Source: Octopus sinensis (Eukaryota). Taken from it: a stretch of DNA of 64,000 bases. The notes beneath the pieces were generated by a model. It did no database searches, had not been told where the DNA came from, and saw only the letters and a list, made by a program, of their open reading frames with translations. Of this stretch, positions 1-11,945 are shown piece after piece; position 1 is the first letter of the stretch; each line of letters begins with the position of its first letter. The stretch lies in contig NC_042999.1 in NCBI RefSeq assembly GCF_006345805.1, positions 92,938,001 through 93,002,000 on the forward strand. The letters run 5' to 3'. The translations under genes were made by a program, and so were the position numbers.

Positions 1-1159
1 GTCAAAGAAATGAAATTTGATAAAGTAGGAAATATCAGCAAGGTTATTTTATTCAGCAGAAAAGTGATAGTAAAGGTTTTATGTTTGCACACATATCCGG
101 AAAAAATATGTAAAAGCCTGAAAAATATATAACATTTCCTTTCAAATATTGCATAAAATATTAAATTATTTATGAATGCATCAAATTTGGTAAAAATGGC
201 AACCTGAAATGCAAATAACATTAATCATCACATCCTTCTTTGAAAGAATAACTCTTTCTTTATTCCTCTCTTTCTCTCACTTCTCTCTCTCTCTCCCTCT
301 CTCTCTTTACTTCTGTGTGTCTCTCTATCACATCTTATACTCCACCTAGTCATACATGTGTTCCTTAAAGCTCCTAATGCTCTTATACTCGCAACCCAGA
401 TAAAAATTAAACTTTGGAAGTATTGTCTTACGTTTCCTATTGTTCATTCTAGAAATAATATAAAACCCTCTATACGCGTTACATTATTCTGCACTGACTG
501 TTATTTAAGACTAAATTATATTCAATACTGAAGATTCCATTCTTTATACTTTATCTTAACTTTTTATTCACATCAGTTATTGGAATTTAGCCATACTGGC
601 TCACGCACGTAAAACATTTTAATAGTTTATATCAACACCAATTATTTTTCACGTACATATTGTATTCACTTCCTAAGAAATAAACAGTGTAAAAGCGTAT
701 TAATCAATCGAAATTAAATACCATAGAAAATATATTCAAGGCACCGATTTATTTCTTGCTCCGATACATACACGCATACATACATGTATATATATATATA
801 TACACATTGTGTGTGTACAGTTAGATGTTCTATAGCTACTGCATGAATTAGGGCTTGACGTAGTTTATCATTATCCAGCCAGTTTCCAGTATAGTGGTTA
901 GTCTTTTACTCTACTTAGTATTGTTTCTGGTTATTATATTTAGAGCATCTGTAGGAGAAAATGTTGATAAACACGGGTAGAAATTACGATTATCCTCATA
1001 CATCTCTATCTATCTCTCAATCTCTCTTTTTATCTCGCTCTAACTCTCCCCTCTCTCTTTCCTCTCTCTTTCTCTTTCTCTCGATATACATGTTTTGTTT
1101 TTGTTATTGCTTTTGTTGTTTTTTTTCTGTTAGTTGACTTTAACCTTATTGCAAAATTA

Positions 1160-1985
1160 TTCTTATATGGTTGTGATGTTGGATGTTACATGAGAGAGTA
1201 TTTACTCCATTCATTCTTCCTATTGAGTGATGGTGTGTGTGCGAGTGCCCACGTGTGTGTGCGTTTGTTGCGTCAGAATCTACTTATAGCCCCTGTAATC
1301 TCTCAAAATTTAGGGATTTTCGGATGTGCCAAATATTCTTCCTTCAACCGCGTTTATCAATCCATTGTGTAAAATATGGATATCAATTTCTGTTTAGTAT
1401 GTTCATGCCTTTGATCATATCAGTTATACCTTGCGGCGTTTTTCCTATATAGGTAATGACACCACCTTTGCATCTCATGTGAGATACTAGGTATATAGTT
1501 TATCTGTGGATCAATTATTCACACTTTCAACTGCACGTAGAAAGTTTTTTCTCTTAAATGGATTTGAAATATGTGATAATGACTTGATGTATATGGTGGC
1601 CTTTCCTATCACTTTCATTTCAAGATTTGTTCCATATCGCTCTTTCCTACATTTCTGGGTTAGCTCACCTCTCAGTGAAACTTGAGAAGTCTCACATCTT
1701 GGAATTTCCTACAATCATTTCGGGAGCTTTCCTTGCCTAGTTTCTTTTTTTCTGTTTAAGAATTTATTCCAGTATATAGGCGTCCTCCTATTGCATTATT
1801 TTATATATCAAACTTCCTATATGTCACTCTTTGCATTCTGATTCTGCTCGTTGGACGTACCCCGAGATTTGCACACAGTGGCAACGACCTGTTTTGTATT
1901 ATCCTGGATGTTCCGATGTGGGAAGGGTTTGAACTGCGAGATGGTGTTTATGTCTACTCGTAACTAAATACCATCTACCATCATA
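1160..1985 (-). mobile_element. Decayed Penelope-like element 3' part (GIY-YIG endonuclease remnant)
   Basis: Minus strand ~1498-1436 translates TIYLVSHMRCKGGVITYIGKT (IY-x-C-x-YIGxT, the GIY-YIG signature). The surrounding frames are interrupted and the boundaries are approximate. Confidence 0.55.
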
Positions 1986-2042
1986 GTAAATAAATATCAT
2001 CATACCACTTATAGTCACTTACGTATGACGGGTGTAATAATA

Positions 2043-2102
<60 letters not shown>

Positions 2103-2145
2103 ACAGACATATACAAAAGAACATACATACACACACAACTATATA

Positions 2146-2207
<62 letters not shown>

Positions 2208-2439
2208 ATATATATGTGTGTATATATAAATGTGTATGTGTGTTTATATACTTCATAGATGAGACCCAAATATTCTCAGTGAAAAATATCCTTAGCAGTG
2301 CTGAAAAGATTTAAATTTGAGCGGGTATAGAGGTAAATATAAGAATAAGCGAATTAGAGAGATCAATATATAGGGTGTATTAAATACATGAAATACAAAA
2401 AATGTATATAAGTATCCATACGAAAAGATCCAAATTACA

Positions 2440-2970
2440 CAGATTAGAAATGATAGAGAAAATTAAACGGGTGGAGGAAAAATATTACAAACCCAACAGC
2501 TGTTTCTAGAGGCTCAATGAGCCATAATAGTGTTTGTAGAATGATTTCATCATAGGGTGAGACGAGCCTCCATCTTCCAAGAAGAGATCTCACATTTGAG
2601 ATGTTAAACGTGAGAAGTTCAAAGATGGAATGAACGCATCTCGAATTACTTATATCAACACATGCACAAGCATAAACACAAACCAAACTTGAGCAAAAAA
2701 AGAAAGAGCTGAGCTGAACAAATTAAAAGATGACAAAATAATAACAATCAAAAAGCTGATAAAGTGAGTGCAGTTGTCTTAATGGACACGGCATACTATA
2801 TAACTCTAGTACTATTCATATTGGAAGACAATCTATTATGAAAAGGCCCAACAGTATAGTCAGCAGAAAATAATGAGAGACCTAAAATCCACATTAAACC
2901 TATACAGAGATGGGCTCATCGACAAAGAATATGAATATATGAACAATTTCAAAAGTAAAACCGGTACTGA
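2440..2970 (+). mobile_element. Decayed Penelope-like RT N-terminal fragment
   Basis: 2714-2799 translates LNKLKDDKIITIK / ADKVSAVVLMDTAYY across a frameshift, matching the PLE RT motif 'L..L......I.KADKG..VV.MD...Y'. Confidence 0.55.
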
Positions 2971-3017
2971 AGTGATTTTTATTAAATTATTTTAGCATTT
3001 TCTACCTTGACCTTTTT

Positions 3018-3050
<33 letters not shown>

Positions 3051-3052
<2 letters not shown>

Positions 3053-4518
3053 TTTAAAAAAGGAGATGTGGAACACGAGTTGTGATATATAAATAAAGGA
3101 AATGAAGAAAATGCTGACAATATAATTTAAGTAAGGGAGAGTGTATTTAATTAGGTGAAAGTTATTTTTTTAAACAAAAAAAGAGAAAAATTGGGTTAGA
3201 ATACAATGTTCATTTTTTGTGAATGATTTCAGTGTATAAGAAAAAAAGTAAGAGTCTTTTAGAGTGTTCTGTTTCAGAATAAGATATTTAGTAATATACC
3301 CAGCGAATAACCATGGGATCCCACCTTATTAATAAATACAGACCACTTCTAAACACATCCCCCTAACACGAACCCACAACAAACACACTTACACCTGCAC
3401 ACACCCTACACACACTTTTACCCAGATATTAACACCATGACACACGCAAACATATGGTTCCACACATACACATAATTTGATACGAGCACAAAACATCCAA
3501 CAATATTTTTTGGAAATTAGTGTAAATATTGACTTCACACAAACACGTTGCTTCCCGATACAGGCACAAGGCCAGCAAAACTATAAATATTGAAAATTGT
3601 ACCCACACACGCACACATATATACACGCGCGCGCGCCTCAACACACATATAAACACACACACACGCACACATACATACATATAGCTCTTCCTGTCCTAAA
3701 CGAACTTACTTTTCCAGCTCAAATTCAGTCAAGCGGAAAATACACTCCTTAACTACGCGCTAAAAAGCTATTCAAAATATCCACATGACGTCTACTGACC
3801 AGCCTGAACAATAAGAATTTTCAACAACGCTATTTTCGAAAACTCCATACACCACCTACATCAACATTCATTCTAAACATTCACTTGACCTCTCTATTAT
3901 GACCACATTCACGTGGCCTCTTTATTATGACCAATAAGAAATTTTAGGCGCAATACCAGCCAAATTTTAACATCTCTGGAGCCTATTTTCTCACCCCAAC
4001 ACCAACTTCCATTCAAACATTCACGTGACCCCTTTATAATGACCAATCAAAATTGTATTGACCATTGTCCACAAGAAATTTTAGGCGCGAAACCAAACAA
4101 ATCTTAAACAACTCTGGAGCCTCTTTTTCACATATAAGACACAGCAAACCCAACATAAAGTCAGATAAGAGAAAAAAATCAATCAGAAAGGAACTCTATC
4201 TCACTCAAAATATCTTTTGATAAGCATAACAAATGCGCAACCGGTAAACTCTTACTTTTTTTATTCTACACTGAAATCTGACATTAAACTTTTCCATAAA
4301 AAACTGTATCTTACACGCTTTTACTAAATATCTTATTCTGAAACAGAACACTGTAAAAGACTCTTACTTTTTTTCTTATACACTGAAATCATTCACAAAA
4401 AATGAACATTGTATTCTAACCCAATTTTTCTCTTTTTTTTTGTTTAAAAAAATAACTTTCACCTAATTAAATACACTCTCCCTTACTTAAATTATATTGT
4501 CAGCATTTTCTTCATTTC

Positions 4519-4524
<6 letters not shown>
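3051..4524. mobile_element. 1.5-kb non-coding insertion with ~200-bp inverted arms, bounded by (TA)n; probable PLE derivative
   Basis: 3093-3294 is the reverse complement of 4321-4524 (one substitution plus a poly-A length difference). (TA)n lies at 3020-3050 and 4522-4608. There is an internal degenerate duplication at ~3877-4128 and an eroded HHR-like motif at 4217-4246. Confidence 0.7.
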
Positions 4525-4610
<86 letters not shown>

Positions 4611-4659
4611 ACTATGTATTACTTTTCAAACTTATATATATATATATATATATATATTA

Positions 4660-4945
4660 TGGTGAATTGAAGAAATGGAGCTGAACGCAGATTGAACAGA
4701 AATCGTTTTATTTCATTCTACACGTGCCTTTCGAAACACGTGTAGAATGAAATAAAACGATTTCTGTTCAATCTGCGTTCAGCTCCATTTCTTCAATTCA
4801 CCAATAATGTTTTAATTTCAATTATCCGCACCAACGCACGGTTGCAACGCCAGATGGTTGTACCTCCAACCGTGCTGTTCACTGCTGTGATTTTTGCTAC
4901 TAAGGTATCGGTTAAACTTTTGATTAATCTACTTCAAGATTATTC
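4660..4945 (+). repeat. Fold-back unit: perfect 67-bp inverted repeat plus tail, between (TA)n tracts
   Basis: 4660-4726 is the exact reverse complement of 4737-4803. The spacer is CCTTTCGAAA, and the right arm begins GAAACACGTGTA followed by AATAAA. Confidence 0.85.
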
Positions 4946-4960
4946 ATCTTTCTATTTCAC

Positions 4961-5032
<72 letters not shown>

Positions 5033-7298
5033 CATATATATACATATATATACATATACACACACATATATGATACATACATATATATACATGTGCGTTC
5101 CTACTGATATTATTGTGATTGAATATAATTATGCATTCCACGGCAATTATGATTGAGGCAGTAAAGACTTGCCACTGCTTGACATCTGGATTATGATATC
5201 TATATCTACTAATTTATCTCTCTATCTCTCCAAAGCAAAATTTTATCCCTTTGGGAGTTTAGGTCATTAATAGCAACATAGTTTTCATTATGTAATACAT
5301 GAGTATAGAAAGGATGAATTAATATACAGGCAATGAACAGAATTATGGAGAATATTTTGATAAAGCGATGTCTCATATAATGCCATCCCAAATTTTTAAA
5401 TGTTTTAGAATATTGATTAAAATTGTTCTTCATTCTCAATAGCACGCAATCTCCGTAAGGCACCATAGACATGAGAAATTGAATGTGTCGTGTCCTTCAG
5501 TTCACATTAATCACGCGATTTGGTAAAAAAATGCAAAGTGGGACTTTAGCTTCTTCAACTGCAAAAGTCCCTTTCCTATGAACAATGTTCTTTTGTCAGT
5601 ACAGAACATTTATGTTAGTTGTAAAGTAGAATGAATACCGTATGCCAATACAGTTAACAGTAAATGAAAAAAAAGGTCGCAAAATCGAAACCAGGACCTC
5701 ATTTGCTAAAGGTCTTGTTATGCGTGAAACATGAACTACATTGTCCTTATCTGCTATATTGTCCAGGACGTCATCGGCTAAAAGTATTGCTTTGTATGAA
5801 ACAAACTATATTGTCCAGCCACCTCATCGTCTAAATGAAATATTACCTTGAGGATGTACAGCGTTGCTTAAGGGAGAACGTGTTACCAGCATAGCAATGC
5901 AAGGCTTTCTTTGCAAAGCAAAACCAAGAAGTAATGTGATCGTTGGAACGGAAGTACTTCCTCATCCTTATGCTCACTCATGAAAGTGAGTACCTGTGTA
6001 TTAAAGCATGATTCGAATGAGAGAACATTTCATAATTCACAGAATATTCGAAGACGTAGGAGACGTTGTAAATTCTATAGCAAATGTTATGGTTAAATCA
6101 TGAAATGGAAGTGTTTTATTTATCTATTTTTTTCTTTTGAACGATTGTGCGGAGCAGTAGACTATTTCTAGTTAAGGTATGAATGATCATTTCACATATA
6201 ATAAAGTCTTGTATTTGAGCTGATTAAAATTCTTCTATTATATATCCCAACCTATTGACATATACTAAAAAACAAACATACCGCGCTATAGATTATTGAG
6301 GACAGCTGCTTACTAATTAGTTGAGAGTCTGTAACTTTTACTTAAAGAAAGTTACGGCAATTCTTAAACATTCTAATTTTAGTATATATTTTTCATGTGG
6401 AAGAATGTGGTTTACTAGCATCTTACATTATTGAAGATCTCAACTACAAAAAACTAATTTTAATTCATTTCCGGATCACTGCAACTTTGTACGGATCAAA
6501 CGGGTTTCCTGTGTGTTTTCGGATATGAACTGGCGTGTCATCAGTATATACAACGTGTATTGAATGTCTTTGCCCACTACAGTTGTGTTAAACTATACCG
6601 CCAACTGAAACCTTTGGGGATGACCCTCATTGATTTTCTGGAATCATTATTAATATTTTGAATGCATTGGATAAAATATCAGTGTTCAAACGTTAGAATG
6701 GTTGTTTCTTTCTGAATCTTGTGTACAAAAGACATTGCAAGATTTAGAAAGCCAACAATGTTTAAATCACTTTCCCCCACATATATATGACAGCAATAAC
6801 TTGCATGTCCTTTCAGTTCTTCTGTTAGTATTTTATCTGCCATGGGGAATCTGAAAGCAATAAAAGAGCATCTTTTAAATGGCAAGAAGGAAGTTCTACA
6901 CTGATAATTAAGGGTTCTAAAACACCATACACACGCTGTTCAATGATTAACTGGCTCTGTGGTATGATTCATATTTCTCTGTATTATTGTTGCTTTAAAT
7001 ATTCTATTTTCGTTCACCTCTTATAAGCGTTTATACACGCATATGTACACACGCATGTATATATGTATAGCCATTGATGTATATGTGAGTATGAAACATT
7101 GTAATTGTTAATGAATACGTGGTAACAGTTATGGGGTTTATGACCTTTTGTGTGTACATATATGTGTGTGCATATATGCATACACACACGATCTCGCATA
7201 TATATATATATATCTGTATATATACATACATATATATATACATATGTACATATATACATGCATACACACACACAAACACCCACACATATACACAAACA

Positions 7299-7381
<83 letters not shown>

Positions 7382-7987
7382 CGATTGAATCGCCTCACGT
7401 TTGACCTCTAGAGGCAGCATAACACTGTTCTGCTTAATTTATCTGAAATATGTTACATCTACTCCCCACTTGATAAATGATTTATCGATAACTGCTTCGG
7501 TTGTCTTAATCACATTTTTCGCTAATAAAAATAATAACTTTTCCTGTGATATTTTTTTTATTACAACGGATAGAACTGGGATTCCGATAATCTACCTTGT
7601 CCCGATGCAAACATCTCTAACCCAGCCTCTACTACAATGCGTTAAACATTCCTTTGTTTTTGTCGTTGCTGTTGTTGTTGTTGTTGTGGGGTTTGATGAT
7701 TTGATACTTAGTGTTATCTATAATTACATTTTCTAATTAGGGAAATAACTCTTGTTGCTCTGTGGTGGCCCGAAATTCTATCATGTACAGCCAAAGGGAA
7801 AAAGGGTAACACAGAAATTGATTCCAATTCGGTGTAACACAAGCACGCATACACATATGCATGCATGTATGTATGTATGTATGTATGTATGTATGTATGT
7901 ATGTATGTATGTATGTATGTATGTATGTATGTATTCATGTATTTATGTACGTATGTATATATATACATACATATATATATGTATATA

Positions 7988-8052
<65 letters not shown>

Positions 8053-8189
8053 TTCAAAATGCATACATACATATGTTTGCTTCTATGTATGTATGTTTGT
8101 GTGTGTATTTATATATAGAGATAAAATTTACTTGGAAAAGGATGCGTGGCGTTCGAACATATAATAATATTAATAATATATGCATATAT

Positions 8190-8420
8190 ACATAGATATA
8201 TGTACATACCTACATATACATGCATATATTGGTATAGGACATTAAAAAAAATATGTAGACACAATGAGAAACGAAAGCTTAAAGACAAAATCATAGAAAA
8301 CGAACGTTTTACGAAAAATGAAAAAGAAAACAGAGAACCGAGACATGCAGCATAAAGGACATTCCATTCGTCAGTTGTCCCTGTTTCATCTGCTCCGCGT
8401 TTCAAAGGTAAGGAGAACGC
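8190..8420 (-). repeat. Diverged partial copy of the 747-bp repeat unit found at 61735-63568
   Basis: Collinear shared motifs: tatatgtacRtacctacat, taYaggaca, gagaaacgaaa, aaacagag, ttcRtcagYtgtccct, gtttcRaaggtRagg. Confidence 0.65.
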
Positions 8421-9009
8421 GTAAACGTTGTAAATGTCAATGGGATTTATATTAGAATGCAAAGACTGAACAAATAGCGCATGCAACGTTCAGAGGATTT
8501 CCCGATTCAGTAAATCTAATTCGCAAATGTTTTTAATTGAAGTAAAAAGTCAGAAATTGTGATAAGAAGGGCTAGTTAACAATATGAACCCGCAGGCCTT
8601 GTGTAGTACTTTACTGTATAAATTAGTAATGCAATACTACAGTATTGCTTTTCAGTAAAGAATAGCCCGTGACGGAAAAATACACAAAGTAGTAAATATA
8701 TGGCACAACGAAGTACCGATATTTACTGGAAATAGCGAACGTAATAATACGACGCTAATGTATAGCTTCACCGCGTATGTATTAGCAAAAATGCGTGTGT
8801 GCAACAAACAAGAAAAAAATGTCTTACCTCCAGGGAGCACATCTGAAAGATGAAATACCTGGAAAAGGATAATGTGGGACCTGCAGGTTTCAGATTTTAC
8901 AAGATATGTCTACCACCCATAATCTTGTTCTATCTTCATCAGCCAAGCATATACCATGACAAAATCTCAGATGTTACCACATTAAAGCCATTACAATCGA
9001 CTGAAACTT

Positions 9010-9047
<38 letters not shown>

Positions 9048-9533
9048 TAGGTATATGTTCGCGCATATGTCCGGTGGATAGTTGGTATGTAGCGTCTATT
9101 AATGTCTATTGAAAATGGAATTGATAGTCTTTCGTTTTCATGTTGTTTGCAATGTGATGTCGTTTCCTTCTCTATCTGCACTTTGTCTCGATGTCTCATG
9201 TTTCCTTTTAGACCTTTGGTAGCCTTGTTGAAAGCACCGTATTTGCTTTCATTCGGTGAGGCACATGATTTGTTCCGTTGGGAGATTTGCTCATTTTGAA
9301 AGAAGATTAATTCCTGTTTGGCCCACAGCCTATCCTCCTTTAATAAATGAATGTTTCCTAGCACATTAGCATTGACGAACTTTTAGCCAAATGAATCCAC
9401 TCCAGAATTTTTTTCTTTTAAAGGCTGTTACTTATTCAGTCGTTTCCTTTTACCGAACAGCTAGATTTAGGGGGGCGTAAATCGGTTAACAAGTAGTAGT
9501 AGGGAAGGGGCACACAGGTTTAAACACACACAG

Positions 9534-9569
<36 letters not shown>

Positions 9570-9601
9570 GTGTACGTGCACACACACACGCACACATACA
9601 C

Positions 9602-10811
9602 ATATGGTGGTTGTCTACTTCTCATGCAGAGTCTGACCATCTCATCTACTTACACCTTAGATCCATCATGGCGTCTGATGTGGCTTTTTAAACAAAACAT
9701 TGTATTGAAAAGACACCCACATACGTTGAAAATCAACAAAGTTTGCTACCTCGCAGAAAATGTGTCTAGCTTCGAAGAGCATTCATGCTGTCATGTTTGC
9801 TACATCAGCGAATGATGCTCCAGCTTTATCAACAGTGCTAAAAGAGGCAGTTGAATTTAGGATTGGAAGGGAGAGTTGACATAAGGCCTGAACGTCTGAA
9901 TGATGATGATCTAAGATCTGAACGTCTCCCAACTACAACCACCGAGGAAAACTTTGATTGTGTTCACCATACGATGATGGATGACTGGCAACTGACTATA
10001 ATTCGAATAGTCAATGCCGTTAGTATAACTCACGAGAGACTTGAAAATATTCTGAACAATGAACTTAGCATGACGAAGATTTCAGCTGGTTCCGTGCCAT
10101 GTCTTCTAACACATGATCAAATGCGCACTAGTCTGATCACATCACAGCATTGCCTGAGGCAGATCCAGCTGGTTTCTGTCAAAGTCTCCTAAGCCAGGAT
10201 GAGTACTGGCTTCATCAGTTTGAGTCAGAGATAATAGGAGACAATCTGTGATGGGGAAACACCTCTCTACACCTGCTCCTAAGAGAGCCAATGTCGTTTT
10301 ATCAACAGGGCAGATTATGGCTTCAATCATTTGGGAAGCAAAAAGCATTGCCTTTATTGTCTATCTTCGAAATGGCTACATTATCAATGGAAAGTACTAT
10401 GCCAACATGCTGAGGCAGGCAAGAAAAGCGGACGACAAACGTTTATGCTCCAGCAGACAATTCTATGATGTCAATGGCTGCTATGCGTGACTACAGCTTT
10501 GGACTGGTTGAGCATCCGCCCTATTCGCCTGAGGTGTCCACATCTGACTATCATCTGTTCCCTAACATGGAAAAAAAAAAAAAACTTCCTTGGAAATTAG
10601 TATCGAAGCGATTATGACGTCATGTGTAGGGTTGTTAACTATTTTGAGCAGCAGGATGAAAACTTCTAAATCAATTGGATCCATACACTGTATCATTAAT
10701 AGAAAAAGAATGTGGATCGCAAGGAGGACTATGTTGAAAAATGAAACTCACTTGATCACATTCCACGACAGTATCTTGGTCAGTCTATGAAATTTTCAGC
10801 AGACCCACGTA
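9602..10811 (+). mobile_element. Decayed mariner (Tc1/mariner) transposon
   Basis: ORF 10248-10490 contains GQIMASIIWEAKSIAFIVYLRNGYIINGKYYANML. 10513-10569 reads HPPYSPEVSTSDYHLFPNM (YSPDLAPxD motif). A right TIR-like end ...aaattttcagcagacccacgTA lies at 10811; the left end is uncertain. Confidence 0.8.
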
Positions 10812-10842
10812 TTAAAAAATCGTAAAACCCTATAAAATATAC

Positions 10843-11202
<360 letters not shown>

Positions 11203-11207
<5 letters not shown>

Positions 11208-11853
11208 GGTGGACGCCTCTGAAAGGATTGGAGACAAACACTTTCCTCTCTGGTCAATCTCTCATCAACTTATTCAAGTACCACTTGAAAAGGAAAGTGA
11301 GAGTAGAGAGGCAAGTTTTGTCTAGCGAATGTTTTAAAAAAAGATGGGTGAATGTAGCAAGGATGGCACGTATGAATGACGAAGCCACCTTGAGCATAAT
11401 CCTATGAACCCAGAAATTGAAAACAGAGGGTTACCCACTTGCAAACAAATGTGGTAACATATAACAATATTGACCAAGGTTACCGTGGTCTTTTTCGTAG
11501 GCTTTTCTTCCCACAGATAAACCTTACTTGCTTTCCCCTTTACACCATATATAATAACACGATCTATTTTGATCGTTTTTTTTCCTCTTCCCTCTTTTTC
11601 CCCCTTTTTTCTTCTTTTTTCATTTCTCTTTCCTTTTGTTCCTTTTCCTTTTCTTTTTTTTCTTTTTATTCCTTTTATTTTATTCAAATTTTTTTTTGTT
11701 CTCTCCTTCCCTTTTACGATCCCTCTTGATCGAAAACCTACGCCACCCCCTTTTTTTTTCTTTTGTTTTTTGTTCTCTTCATCCCCCAAAAGAAAAGCTC
11801 TACCTTGTAACTTGTCCCATCTGTGTGCAGCCCTGTGTGGCCAATAAAGAAAC
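11203..11853 (+). mobile_element. Short 5'-truncated copy of the Tx1/L1-type LINE (ORF2 end + 3' UTR)
   Basis: 11203-11430 is highly similar to 14298-14525. Both copies end ...ctgtgtgcagccctgtgtggcYAATAAAgaaac followed by (TATC)n. Confidence 0.9.
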
Positions 11854-11917
<64 letters not shown>

Positions 11918-11945
11918 ATCTATCTATCTATCTATTTATCTATCT

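Noticed and set aside
7014-8195. Many overlapping ORFs rich in YI/CV/HT repeats (also near 2.0, 34.3, 55.3, 57.9 and 61.6 kb)
   Set aside because: These are translations of stop-free (TA)n/(CA)n/(TATG)n microsatellites, not genes.
11334-11789. Lys-rich 151-aa minus-strand ORF
   Set aside because: Antisense translation of the pyrimidine-rich LINE 3' UTR.
11636-11945. Hydrophobic and YLSI-repeat N-terminus of the 501-aa ORF, suggesting a membrane-anchored RT fusion
   Set aside because: It is read-through from the U-rich 3' UTR of the short LINE copy and the (TATC)n array into the truncated ORF2; the frame is a coincidence.
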